A stretch of DNA of 64,000 nt from positions 1 through 64,000 of IMG/VR virus record IMGVR_UViG_3300011335_000775, one strand, 5' to 3'. The translations under genes were made by a program, and so were the position numbers. Below, piece by piece: positions 38,689 through 48,562 of this stretch (position 1 is its first letter; every line of letters begins with the position of its first letter). Origin of the DNA: a virus. The notes beneath the pieces are model-generated. The model was not told the DNA's origin. It did not search any database and was given only the letters and a program-made list of their open reading frames with translations.

Positions 38689-39750
38689 TTGAAAAAAAAA
38701 TTAATAATTTTTTGTGAGCGTGAGTATTGTGAAATGTTTTTTGATCTCAACAATGACGATTATGAGTTTGTTAACAATCGAGATCATCCTGCAATAGATA
38801 TATATATATTAATAGATAGCATGGCAACAAATCCAGATATATCTGCTAAGATATATTTGAATCTTGATTTATTTCACAGTTATGAAAATCAAATTAACAA
38901 GCCGTTTTTGCCTAAAAATTGGTATCAGATTATTACTGGAATAAACAACAAATCTTATCTCAGTAAACAAGTTATAGGTGTAGATTTTATATTCAATAGA
39001 ACAAAAGCATATTATCAACATTATCCATTTAAACCCGGAACCAAAAAATGGTATTACTTAACACCAGATGCATATCCTGTGTTAGATTTGCCTAAATCTA
39101 GTGCAAAGATTTTTATTTTTTTAGCACCTAATAAAACATATGGCGGCAGACGATATTATCGTACTCGTTTAGTGAATTTTTTAAAACAAAATTTTGGTGA
39201 GTGGGCACGTGGATATGGATTTATAGGAAATTGTGACGATGACCATGACAGGAAATTGTATGGGCACTTGCATTTTAAAGAAGTTCCTAATGATTCACAT
39301 GATTTATTTTTATTAAAAGATGGCCCTGCCCCTAGCGGTTATCTGCCAATGCATAATTCTTATTACTATCATACTTTTATCAGCATCTATGCAGAAACAA
39401 TTGAATACGGTGATACTATTGTGGTGACAGAAAAAACTTATGATCCGTTGATTCGCGGGCATTTTATTTTGCCGTTTAGCACCGAAGGTTTCATACAACA
39501 TGTCAAGTCTCTTGGATTTCTTTTTCCAGAATTTATTGATTATTCGTACGACACTATATCAGATCCAGATTTAAGATATCAAGCATATGAAAATGAAATT
39601 CAACGGTTGATGAATTTTGACATACAGACTTGGCGCAACCATTGGGATCAAAATTTAGATTTGTTGTATCACAATAAAAAAGTGTTTGTAGAGCGCCCAT
39701 ATGATCGAATTGATTTTGATCAGTTAATTCATCAGGCCCAGAGTGGTTGA
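38689..39750 (+). CDS. Glycosyltransferase-like protein (TEK...LGF family)
   Basis: FISIYAET...VTEKTYDPL..GHF...LGF...IDYSYD; AT-rich. Confidence 0.5.
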   Translation: MKKKLIIFCEREYCEMFFDLNNDDYEFVNNRDHPAIDIYILIDSMATNPDISAKIYLNLDLFHSYENQINKPFLPKNWYQIITGINNKSYLSKQVIGVDFIFNRTKAYYQHYPFKPGTKKWYYLTPDAYPVLDLPKSSAKIFIFLAPNKTYGGRRYYRTRLVNFLKQNFGEWARGYGFIGNCDDDHDRKLYGHLHFKEVPNDSHDLFLLKDGPAPSGYLPMHNSYYYHTFISIYAETIEYGDTIVVTEKTYDPLIRGHFILPFSTEGFIQHVKSLGFLFPEFIDYSYDTISDPDLRYQAYENEIQRLMNFDIQTWRNHWDQNLDLLYHNKKVFVERPYDRIDFDQLIHQAQSG

Positions 39751-39775
39751 CAAGTTGGAGTAAATACCTTACAAT
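39747..39775 (+). promoter_or_regulatory. Nested early (TTGACA-17-TACAAT) and late (TAAATA 39761) promoters for iscU
   Basis: Direct motif match. Confidence 0.6.
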
Positions 39776-39792
39776 ATAGTAAGGAACATATT

Positions 39793-40179
39793 ATGGCATA
39801 TTCAACTCAAGTAATCGATCATTATGAAAATCCCCGCAATGTGGGGTCGTTTGCCAAGGACGACACAGACATTGGAACAGGTATGGTGGGAGCACCTGCC
39901 TGCGGAGATGTGATGAAATTACAAATCAAAGTACAAGATGGAATCATCACCGACGCAAGATTTAAAACTTATGGATGCGGCAGTGCTATTGCTTCAAGTA
40001 GTTTGGTAACTGAATGGGTAAAGGGTAAAACCCTAGATCAAGCAGCAGCTCTTAAGAATTCTGAAATTGCCGAACATCTGGCATTGCCTCCTGTGAAGAT
40101 ACATTGTAGCATATTAGCCGAGGATGCCATAAAGGCAGCGGTAATTGATTACAAAAACAAACATGATCTTGTTAACTGA
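39793..40179 (+). CDS. iscU: Fe-S cluster scaffold IscU
   Basis: DHYENPRNVG, GAPACGDVM, FKTYGCGSAIASSS, LPPVKIHCS. Confidence 0.97.
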   Translation: MAYSTQVIDHYENPRNVGSFAKDDTDIGTGMVGAPACGDVMKLQIKVQDGIITDARFKTYGCGSAIASSSLVTEWVKGKTLDQAAALKNSEIAEHLALPPVKIHCSILAEDAIKAAVIDYKNKHDLVN

Positions 40180-40483
40180 AACTGCTGCTCGAAAAATAAC
40201 ACAGACCATTCAACGTCGCGGGCATGGCATTGGTATTCGTGTAGGAGTCAAAACAACCGGTTGCTCTGGGCTTGCTTATGTGTTAGAATACGTAGATGCT
40301 GAACAACCGGAAGATATCTGTATCGATTGCAACAACTGTAAATTGTTTGTTGATCCCAAAAGCCGTGCATATCTACAAGGACTCGAAGTAGACTACACCA
40401 GACAAGGGCTTAACGAAGGATTCCAGTTCAACAATCCTAATGAACGTGACCGATGTGGGTGCGGAGAAAGTTTTAGAGTTTAA
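40163..40483 (+). CDS. iscA: Fe-S cluster assembly protein IscA
   Basis: GVKTTGCSGLAY, F.NPN...CGCGESF. Confidence 0.95.
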   Translation: MILLTETAARKITQTIQRRGHGIGIRVGVKTTGCSGLAYVLEYVDAEQPEDICIDCNNCKLFVDPKSRAYLQGLEVDYTRQGLNEGFQFNNPNERDRCGCGESFRV

Positions 40484-40484
40484 G

Positions 40485-41567
40485 ATGATTTCAATCTTTT
40501 CACCTTACTATGCAGGAATTGTTCATATATTTAATCAATTTCCACATAAACAATTTTATGATGATTTTGATGAGTTTAAAAAAAGCACAGCATCAATCAA
40601 AATCGCATTCATAAACAAAACAGATCCAACACCTGACTACAGTTATGTTGCACAATTTGTAAATCACTGTGACATAGTGTTAGTCCGTGATGGAGAATTT
40701 CATGAATGGCATCTTTTAAACTCTAATTTATATGCTTGGAAAAATGTTTATTGGATTGGTCCAGGTTATACAAAAAAAAATAATGAGTTCATCATATCTC
40801 GCCAACACTGGCTTGATCACATACAAAAACTCTATTGTATACCCAGTTTAAGAATTCAGCTTAATCGATTAACCCCATATCAATCAAAACCAATGATTTT
40901 TGATGCGTTATTAGGAAGTCGCAGGCCGCCAAGACTTTTCATAATGGATCAAATAAAAACCCACAATCTTGAATCAAAAATAATAAGCAACATTTTTTCT
41001 CAGGACACATATTCTCACTACCCAATGGATCAACTGCCGGGATTTGTATGGGAAGATGATTATCATTATGCCAACAGTCTGAATAAGAATATAAATCATG
41101 TTGGGTGCCTGATAAATTATCATGGGGAAATCACTAGTCTTGGAAATATAATCCCCATCTCTACTTACAATCGAGCTGCATTTAGCATTCTGTCAGAAAC
41201 CGAACATAACAATTCTGTGTACATGTTTACAGAAAAAACAGCCAAGGTCGCATTAGGACGTAGAGTATTTGTGGCATTTGCTGGCCGGGGGTTTTTGCAA
41301 CTGATGCGAGATGCCGGGTTCCAGACATTTGATGGTATAATTGATGAAAGCTATGATCTAATAGAAAACGATCAAGATCGATGGCAAGCAGCATTTGATC
41401 AAGTGATAAGATTGTGCGAAGCAGATCAGGAAACTGTGCTATCTCAAGCAAAACCGATATTAGAACATAATTTCAATTTGATAATGTACCATCCCTGGCA
41501 ACTCGATGCAGATCTTGCGATTATGTCAAAACTATCTGAACTGATTGAAAAACTCAATCAACCGTGA
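40485..41567 (+). CDS. Glycosyltransferase-like protein (TEK...GF.TF..IIDESYD family)
   Basis: FDALLG, FSILSET...FTEKTAK...RRVFV...GFQTFDGIIDESYD. Confidence 0.5.
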   Translation: MISIFSPYYAGIVHIFNQFPHKQFYDDFDEFKKSTASIKIAFINKTDPTPDYSYVAQFVNHCDIVLVRDGEFHEWHLLNSNLYAWKNVYWIGPGYTKKNNEFIISRQHWLDHIQKLYCIPSLRIQLNRLTPYQSKPMIFDALLGSRRPPRLFIMDQIKTHNLESKIISNIFSQDTYSHYPMDQLPGFVWEDDYHYANSLNKNINHVGCLINYHGEITSLGNIIPISTYNRAAFSILSETEHNNSVYMFTEKTAKVALGRRVFVAFAGRGFLQLMRDAGFQTFDGIIDESYDLIENDQDRWQAAFDQVIRLCEADQETVLSQAKPILEHNFNLIMYHPWQLDADLAIMSKLSELIEKLNQP

Positions 41568-41610
41568 TAACATATTGCTTTTTACCGCACAATATGTTAT
41601 AGTTGTGGTT

Positions 41611-42327
41611 ATGTATAACCCAAAATTTGATTACCAACCCATTCCTCGAGTCACTGTAGAAGGCAAACGATTCTATTCCACACCGGACGGCAACAACTTA
41701 CCATCTGTAACCACCATACTTGATAAGACCAAAAGTGAAGAAAGCAAAGCGGCACTGCATAATTGGCGACGTGCAGTGGGAGCAGAAAAAGCACAGCAAA
41801 TAACCACCGAAGCTGCCAATCGCGGCACACGTATGCACACATATCTTGAAGACTATGTGAAAAAAGGCTCCATCAAAGAACGTGGTACAAATCCGTTTAG
41901 TTGGAGCAGTCACGAAATGGCCAAAACTGTTATACGTGATGGATTGAAGCATGTGAATGAGTTCTGGGGCATAGAGGTTCCGCTGTACTTTCCTAAGATC
42001 TATGCAGGCACAACTGATGGTGCTGGATTACATCTAAATCAAGAAGCCATACTAGATTACAAACAATCCAACAAGCCTAAAAAGCGTGAGTGGATTGATG
42101 ATTATTTTGTACAGCTATGCGCCTATGCAGAAGCACATAACGAATTGCACGGTACAAAAATACGCAAAGGTGTAATTCTAATGTGTGTCAAACCTGATCT
42201 TGATGCTGATCATAATATTATTACCCCACCACAATATCAAGAATTTATACTTGAAGGTACTGAATATGATCATTATTGTGATCTGTGGTGGCGCAAAGTA
42301 GAAGAATACTACACCAAGTACATTTAG
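41611..42327 (+). CDS. PD-(D/E)XK exonuclease (Cas4/exonuclease V-like)
   Basis: LPSVTTIL, RGT.MH..LE, E.PL...YAGTTD, ILDYKQS, QL.AY. Confidence 0.85.
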   Translation: MYNPKFDYQPIPRVTVEGKRFYSTPDGNNLPSVTTILDKTKSEESKAALHNWRRAVGAEKAQQITTEAANRGTRMHTYLEDYVKKGSIKERGTNPFSWSSHEMAKTVIRDGLKHVNEFWGIEVPLYFPKIYAGTTDGAGLHLNQEAILDYKQSNKPKKREWIDDYFVQLCAYAEAHNELHGTKIRKGVILMCVKPDLDADHNIITPPQYQEFILEGTEYDHYCDLWWRKVEEYYTKYI

Positions 42328-42373
42328 TTGCCTGATGGATTCTGGATAAATACAGCACAGAATTAGGATTCAT

Positions 42374-42907
42374 ATGGCAATTGTACAAGTTAGTCGCATC
42401 ACAAATCGCAAAGGTCTAGCAGAAAACCTACCGCAATTGGCCGGCGCCGAATTAGGCTGGGCAATTGATGAACGTCGATTGTACATCGGTAATGGTACCT
42501 TGCAAGATGGCGCACCGGTAATAGGCAATACAGAAATTCTCACTGAGTTTTCTACCATCACCCTGCAACAAGGTACTTTTGTACGTGAAAACGGTGTACA
42601 ACGCACATTATTGGATAACACAGCTAGCCAGGTTATTTCAACTTTTGATGCTGCTGTGATCAGAGCAGTGCAGATCAATTATACCATAACCAGAGGAGTC
42701 AACACCAGAACTGGTTTATATACCATTGTTGCTGGTACAGATTCTTCAGGCACTGGGTTGACCGGAAATGATACTGGTTATCAAAACGCATCAACTGGTG
42801 TGACGTTCAGTCAGTCTGAAACATCAAACATTGTGAGTTGGCTAGCGTCGACCACTAGCACCGGCACAAATGCCACTATAAGTTATTCAATAACAAGACT
42901 TGATTGA
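42374..42907 (+). CDS. Tail/baseplate-associated protein with Mtd-N/hyaluronidase-like N-terminus
   Basis: R.G...LPQLA.AELGW..D.RRLYIGNG; late promoter 42347. Confidence 0.6.
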   Translation: MAIVQVSRITNRKGLAENLPQLAGAELGWAIDERRLYIGNGTLQDGAPVIGNTEILTEFSTITLQQGTFVRENGVQRTLLDNTASQVISTFDAAVIRAVQINYTITRGVNTRTGLYTIVAGTDSSGTGLTGNDTGYQNASTGVTFSQSETSNIVSWLASTTSTGTNATISYSITRLD

Positions 42908-43326
42908 TGTGGTGTTCAACCTTTGAACAACGCCTTGCGGCGTGGAACTCATTGCGTGATCGTGTTCGCAACCAGCCCAAATACGATGCCTTGGCAGAGA
43001 TCAACGCCTGGTGGCAACAAACTCCTTGGCGTGCTTATCATTTACACTGGGATGATCGATCAGATTGGCCAGACCCATGGCAACTTCTGAGCGACAACAT
43101 CTATTGTGATCTTGCTCGCGGGCTGGGAATCCTGTATACTGTCACTGTGTTAGATCGCGATGATCTTCAGGATGCTGTGTTGGTAGACTCAGATCAGGGC
43201 AATTTAGTCCTGGTAGAGGATGGAAAATATATATTGAATTGGGATCAGTCTATAAGGTTAAATATCAACCTACAGCAGAACAAACATCAAATCGCACAAC
43301 GCGATGTAAAACAACAACTATATTAA
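42907..43326 (+). CDS. Hypothetical protein
   Basis: Trp-rich WP.PWQLL.DN.YC..A.GLG..YT. Confidence 0.6.
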   Translation: MWCSTFEQRLAAWNSLRDRVRNQPKYDALAEINAWWQQTPWRAYHLHWDDRSDWPDPWQLLSDNIYCDLARGLGILYTVTVLDRDDLQDAVLVDSDQGNLVLVEDGKYILNWDQSIRLNINLQQNKHQIAQRDVKQQLY

Positions 43327-43330
43327 GTAT

Positions 43331-45652
43331 ATGACACAAATCACAGTTATTAAACGTAACGGAAGAAAAGAACAATTAAGCCTAGAAAAGTGGCAAACCC
43401 AAATTGCCAAAGTATGTTCAGGCATAGCAGATGTAAGTCAAAGCATGGTGGAGATCAAAGCCCAGATGCACTTTTATGATGGCATCACTACCAAAGAGAT
43501 CGACGGCGTTACACTCCGAGCCATAGTAGATCTAATTGACATTGAACACAATCCAGATGTTGGACATACCAACTATCAATATGTGGCAGGCAAGCAACGT
43601 CTTAGCATGTTGCGCAAAGACGTATATGGATCTTATGAAGTTCCCCACCTGTATGAGATTGTGAAGAAAAACGTATCCACAGGCTTGTACACCCCGGAAC
43701 TGTTGGAATGGTACGACGAAGCTGACTGGAATCGCATGCAGGACATGATAGATCATTCCAAGGACGAGCAATACGGTTATGCTGCAATTGAACAATTGAT
43801 TGAAAAATATCTAGTAAAGAATCGTGCCACAAAGGAAACTTATGAAACTCCCCAAGTTCGTTACATGGTTGCAGCAGCCACAGTTTTTCATTCGGAAGAA
43901 CCCAACACGGCTCGTATGCGATACATCAAAGAATACTACAATGCTGCTAGTGATGGTCTTTTTACTCTTGCTACTCCTGTGTTGGCTGGTCTGGGCACTC
44001 CTACTAAACAATTTAGCAGTTGCGTTCTTATTCGGAGTGATGACGACCTTGATAGTATCTTTGCAAGTGGTGAAATGATGGCCAAGTATGCCAGCAAACG
44101 TGCTGGCATTGGACTGGAGATTGGACGACTGCGACCATTGGGTAGTCCCATTCGAGGTGGAGAAATCATGCACACTGGCATGATACCATTTTTGAAGAAA
44201 TGGTTTGGCGACTTGCGTAGTTGTTCACAAGGGGGAATCCGTAATGCTAGTGCTACTGTATTTTATCCTATTTGGCATCATCAGTTTGATGACCTTATTG
44301 TTCTTAAGAACAACCAAGGAACAGAAGAAACCCGTGTTAGACACATGGACTATGGTGTGGTTCTATCCGCATTTTTCTGGCGCAGATTCAAGAACAAAGA
44401 GAACATAACATTCTTTGACCCCAACGAAGTCCCAGACTTGTATGAAGCTTTCTACAAGAATACAGAACTATTTGAAGAACTGTATGTGAAGTATGAAAAA
44501 CAAAAAGGTCTACGCAAAAAGACCATGAGTGCAGAAGAAGTATTCAAGTCGGGCATACTAAAAGAACGCACAGATACAGGACGTATCTATCTAGTGTTCA
44601 TTGACAACGTGATGAAACAAGGACCATTTGATCCCGAATATCATACCATTTACCAGAGTAACTTATGCTGTGAAATTTTATTACCTACTCGCTCTTTTAA
44701 ACGCCTGGATGATAGTAATGGGCGTATCGCTTTATGCACGTTGGGATCGCTCAACTGGGGAGCCTTCCGTAATCCAGAAGATATCAGGCGTGCTGCCCGT
44801 ATTTTGCATCGCAGTCTTAACAATATTCTTGATTATCAGGACTTTTTATCTATACAGTCTAAACTAAGCAATGATGAAATTAGACCACTGGGTATCGGCA
44901 TCACTAACCTGGCATACTGGCATGCAAAAAGAGGTCTCAAATACGGTGAAAAAGATTCCCTAGCTGAAGTCAAAACTTGGATGGAACACATGGCATTCTA
45001 TCTCACCGAAGCCAGTGTTGAGCTAGCACAAGAGCGTGGCGCTTGTTTGGGCAGTGAACACACACGGTATGGCAACGGTGTATTTCCGTGGGAACTCCGT
45101 GCAACAGGTGTGAACGAACTTACAGACTTTGTGCCTGAGTTGGATTGGGAAACCCTGCGTACTAATATGAAAGCACATGGAGTTCGAAATGCCACACAAA
45201 TGGCAGTTGCTCCTGTTGAATCAAGCAGTGTTGTTATTAACAGCACCAACGGTATTGAAATGCCCATGAGTTTGATCAGTGTGAAAGAAAGCAAAGCAGG
45301 ATCATTTGTACAGGTTGTTCCTGAATATCATAAACTTAAAAATAAATATCAACTGATGTGGGAACAGAAAGATTGTGAGAGTTATCTCAAAACCGCTGCG
45401 GTCATTGCAGCGTATGTTGATCAATCCATCAGCACCAATACTTTTTACAATCCTGCACACTGGGAAGATCGTAAAGTTCCTACCACATTGATAGCAAAGA
45501 ACTTAATGCAATCACATGCGTGGGGGTTGAAGACCTTTTACTACAGTCTTATTAACAAACAAGGTAGTAAAGCAACAGCAGAAGATGCTCCCACAATGTT
45601 GGAACCAATCAACTTTGATAATGAAGAAGATTGTGAATCGTGTAAACTTTAA
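43331..45652 (+). CDS. nrdA: Ribonucleotide reductase class Ia alpha subunit
   Basis: ATP cone VIKRNG, QFSSCVL, SQGGIR, QSNLCCEI, APVESSS, DQSISTN, KTFYY, C-terminal CESC. Confidence 0.97.
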   Translation: MTQITVIKRNGRKEQLSLEKWQTQIAKVCSGIADVSQSMVEIKAQMHFYDGITTKEIDGVTLRAIVDLIDIEHNPDVGHTNYQYVAGKQRLSMLRKDVYGSYEVPHLYEIVKKNVSTGLYTPELLEWYDEADWNRMQDMIDHSKDEQYGYAAIEQLIEKYLVKNRATKETYETPQVRYMVAAATVFHSEEPNTARMRYIKEYYNAASDGLFTLATPVLAGLGTPTKQFSSCVLIRSDDDLDSIFASGEMMAKYASKRAGIGLEIGRLRPLGSPIRGGEIMHTGMIPFLKKWFGDLRSCSQGGIRNASATVFYPIWHHQFDDLIVLKNNQGTEETRVRHMDYGVVLSAFFWRRFKNKENITFFDPNEVPDLYEAFYKNTELFEELYVKYEKQKGLRKKTMSAEEVFKSGILKERTDTGRIYLVFIDNVMKQGPFDPEYHTIYQSNLCCEILLPTRSFKRLDDSNGRIALCTLGSLNWGAFRNPEDIRRAARILHRSLNNILDYQDFLSIQSKLSNDEIRPLGIGITNLAYWHAKRGLKYGEKDSLAEVKTWMEHMAFYLTEASVELAQERGACLGSEHTRYGNGVFPWELRATGVNELTDFVPELDWETLRTNMKAHGVRNATQMAVAPVESSSVVINSTNGIEMPMSLISVKESKAGSFVQVVPEYHKLKNKYQLMWEQKDCESYLKTAAVIAAYVDQSISTNTFYNPAHWEDRKVPTTLIAKNLMQSHAWGLKTFYYSLINKQGSKATAEDAPTMLEPINFDNEEDCESCKL

Positions 45653-45665
45653 AGGAAAAAAACAC

Positions 45666-46577
45666 ATGAAAAAATTATTAGTTATATTAAGCGTATTGGT
45701 ATTGGCGGCGTGTAATAAAGCACCTGCTCCTACTGCAACATCAAACACATTTACTCCTACTTTTGTAGTAGACTACAACAAGTGTGGAACTGATCCGGTC
45801 ATCTCTGGAAACTCGGTAACATTTGGTGAAGGAACAAACTGTGCAGCAGGTAGACTTGTATCCGAACAAGGATATGTAAACATCACACAGATCAAAGCAA
45901 CAGTTGATTTGTCAAAACTTGCACAGAACTATGTTAATGCCAGTTTGTATATGATATCAAATCCAGTTCAGCCTGGTGTTCAACCCAAGGGCACCAACTA
46001 CTGTGATGCAGGTGGAAATAATAATCAATGGAATTGCCAAGAGATTGATATCATAGAAACAAATGGTAACAAGATTACACAATCTACTGTGCATCTAGGT
46101 ACAGGTGGGTCCAGTGCTCCACAACGGTTTGAGTATTCATTTGCAGAAACTGCCAACAACAGTTGCTTTAACTATTCGTCAATGACCAGCTCAACCACTG
46201 CGACCAATGGGTTACATAACATGGTTGGTGTCATCGATATGACCAAGCCATTTGATATGGTAACTGATTTTACATACGGAACAACTCCTACCATGACAGT
46301 GACATATTCACAGGATGGCAAGAGCGTGGTAGTATATAATAGTTTGATTGGTTCAGGTGCAGAAGGTAGTGGTACTGTGGATATGACTTTGTTGACAACT
46401 AGCATGAAGAATGGTTACTGGTTGAATCTAGCATTTTGGCAAGGTTACAGCCCAACAGGTCCTGGTTCAGCACCATGGTGGAACAACAGTTGTTCATGGG
46501 GTGCATTATGCAACAGCACAGGATCATACTGGAGCATAAGCAACATTCAAGTAACTGCGGATAGTGTAATAAAATGA
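45666..46577 (+). CDS. Lipoprotein with GH7-like (clan GH-B) glycoside hydrolase domain
   Basis: Lipobox MKKLLVILSVLVLAA-C; VDLSKL, NASLY, GTNYCDA, CQEIDIIETN (ExDxxE), STVH, IDMTKPF.MVTDF, GYWLNLAFW, SISNIQV. Confidence 0.7.
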   Translation: MKKLLVILSVLVLAACNKAPAPTATSNTFTPTFVVDYNKCGTDPVISGNSVTFGEGTNCAAGRLVSEQGYVNITQIKATVDLSKLAQNYVNASLYMISNPVQPGVQPKGTNYCDAGGNNNQWNCQEIDIIETNGNKITQSTVHLGTGGSSAPQRFEYSFAETANNSCFNYSSMTSSTTATNGLHNMVGVIDMTKPFDMVTDFTYGTTPTMTVTYSQDGKSVVVYNSLIGSGAEGSGTVDMTLLTTSMKNGYWLNLAFWQGYSPTGPGSAPWWNNSCSWGALCNSTGSYWSISNIQVTADSVIK

Positions 46578-47677
46578 GCCACGCTCAATACGATCTAACT
46601 ACCAAGACAGATTATTTAACTCGCAAGATGTTTCTGGATCCAGCGGGTCCAGTCACTATTCAACGCTTTGAAGAAGTCAAATATCCCAAAATTGCCAAAC
46701 TTGAAGAAACAGCCCGCGGATTCTTTTGGCAACCAGAAGAAATTAGTCTCAGCAAAGATGCCAACGATTTCAAAGATGCATCAGACGCAGTGAAGCATAT
46801 CTTTACCAGCAATCTGTTACGTCAGACTGCCCTGGACAGTTTACAAGGACGTGGACCCACACAAGTATTCACTCCGGTATGCAGTTTACCAGAAGTAGAG
46901 GCATTGATGTATAACTGGGGATTCTTTGAAACAAATATTCACTCAAAGAGTTACAGTCATATCATTCGTAACATCTATAACGTGCCTAAAGATGTTTTCA
47001 ATACAATTCATGACATAACTGAAATTGTAGGCATGGCGTCAAGTGTAGGCCTATATTATGACAAACTCCACGAACTCAATTGCTTCAGAGAGATCAATCC
47101 AAAAACAGTCAATGAGAAACAACATATCAAGGCAATCTGGATGGCATTGCATGCCAGCTATGCACTAGAAGCATTCCGGTTCATGGTTTCATTTGCCACC
47201 AGTTTGGCCATGGTTGAAAATAAAATCTTCATTGGCAATGGCAACATCATTGGGTTGATTCTTCAAGACGAGTTGTTGCACAAAGGGTGGACTGCATATC
47301 TTATCAATCAAGTTATCAAAGAAGACAGCCGTTTTGCTGACATTAAAGTAGAGTGTGAACAGGAAGTATATGCCTTGTATATAGATGTGATTCGTGAAGA
47401 AAAAGCCTGGGCTGATTATTTGTTCAAGATGGGGCCAGTGATTGGACTCAATGCCAACATTCTCAAAGACTTTGTGGATTACACCGCAGTTGGTGCGCTC
47501 AAAGATATTGGCATCAAGTATCAAGCAGCGGCACCGCGTAGCACACCTATTCCTTGGTTTAACAAGCATTCAGACACGTCGAAGAAACAGTCGGCCTTAC
47601 AGGAAACAGAAAGCACAAACTATGTGATTGGAGTTATGTCAGAGTCGTTAGACTATGATCAGTTACCTGACCTTTGA
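46574..47677 (+). CDS. nrdB: Ribonucleotide reductase class Ia beta subunit
   Basis: [46 protein letters not shown]. Confidence 0.97.
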   Translation: MSHAQYDLTTKTDYLTRKMFLDPAGPVTIQRFEEVKYPKIAKLEETARGFFWQPEEISLSKDANDFKDASDAVKHIFTSNLLRQTALDSLQGRGPTQVFTPVCSLPEVEALMYNWGFFETNIHSKSYSHIIRNIYNVPKDVFNTIHDITEIVGMASSVGLYYDKLHELNCFREINPKTVNEKQHIKAIWMALHASYALEAFRFMVSFATSLAMVENKIFIGNGNIIGLILQDELLHKGWTAYLINQVIKEDSRFADIKVECEQEVYALYIDVIREEKAWADYLFKMGPVIGLNANILKDFVDYTAVGALKDIGIKYQAAAPRSTPIPWFNKHSDTSKKQSALQETESTNYVIGVMSESLDYDQLPDL

Positions 47678-48228
47678 GGGCAATTATTAAAATGATATCG
47701 ATGCATTGCATTTGATCCTCCAGATTTATTACAATGCGGACAAGTTATTTGTTCTTGTGGGCTAATGGTTTTACCTTTCATTGGACTCGGTAATCCTTTG
47801 TTCCAGGCAGGAAGTTTATTTTTAATACCAAGGCGCCCTTTTCCTGCTGCTGCTGCATGCTCGAGAGATTTTGATTTGCCTTTATACAGTAAACTGAGAT
47901 TGCGTTTAAATTCTATACTTCTGACAGATCCTACTGCTCCATAACCTCCGTTAGCTCGATTATGAAGAATTCCATTATCAAGATCTTTCCGACCATACCA
48001 TTTAATCATGCGACGTTCGATAGCAAACGCCCCGATCTCGTTGAGATTAGATTCAAGAATAATAATTCTATCAGCGTCTTTTGGAGTATGAACTCCGCTG
48101 GTTTTTCCTCTGTGTTGCACCCAGGCACGAGGGCCATGCCCTTTGCCGATATAATAAGGTGTGCCATCTTTTCTTAGATAGGCATACACATAAAACCCTT
48201 TGGGATGAGAATTTTTGTTTAAATACAT
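47659..48228 (-). CDS. Free-standing GIY-YIG homing endonuclease, antisense to nrdB/grx
   Basis: [18 protein letters not shown]...R, E..A...E...I..YGR, L.N...GG.G, AWNKG, CPHC...RYH..NC. Confidence 0.85.
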   Translation of the reverse strand: MYLNKNSHPKGFYVYAYLRKDGTPYYIGKGHGPRAWVQHRGKTSGVHTPKDADRIIILESNLNEIGAFAIERRMIKWYGRKDLDNGILHNRANGGYGAVGSVRSIEFKRNLSLLYKGKSKSLEHAAAAGKGRLGIKNKLPAWNKGLPSPMKGKTISPQEQITCPHCNKSGGSNAMHRYHFNNCPQRSGN

Positions 48229-48296
48229 TTGCTGATGCTCCTTCAAAGCGTTAGAGTAGTTGGGAATTCCACTTCCGCGAACTACACCTATATTTA
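48229..48296 (-). promoter_or_regulatory. Late promoter plus structured 5' leader with RBS-sequestering hairpin for the GIY-YIG gene
   Basis: Minus strand: TAAATA...GTAGTT-CGC-GGAA-GTGGAA-TTCC-C-AACTAC...GCTTT-GAA-GGAGC...ATG. Confidence 0.6.
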
Positions 48297-48313
48297 TGAA
48301 AGGACATTAAATT

Positions 48314-48562
48314 ATGACAAAAGCCATCGTCTGGTCAAAAGACAATTGCACATTCTGCGATCAAGCCAAAGCATTGTTGCAGCAGAGAAACATTGCATAT
48401 GAAGAACGGAAAATTGGATACGGATACAGTCGAGAAGACTTGTTGGAGTCTGTGCCCACAGCAAGAACATTACCACAAATTTTTGTGAACAACAACCACA
48501 TCGGCGGGTTCACAGAACTAAGAAAATACATCGAAGAAACCGCCGGCGGCTACGGGGATTGA
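48314..48562 (+). CDS. Glutaredoxin
   Basis: CTFC, RTLPQIF, IGGFTEL. Confidence 0.92.
   Translation: MTKAIVWSKDNCTFCDQAKALLQQRNIAYEERKIGYGYSREDLLESVPTARTLPQIFVNNNHIGGFTELRKYIEETAGGYGD

Noticed and set aside
41611-42327. Cas4 as evidence of a CRISPR system
   Set aside because: Ordinary phage PD-(D/E)XK exonuclease without the Cas4 Fe-S cysteines and with no array nearby
43331-47677. Introns or inteins in nrdA/nrdB, helicase or uvsX
   Set aside because: All are contiguous and of normal length, with no intein C/HN termini; the adjacent endonucleases are free-standing
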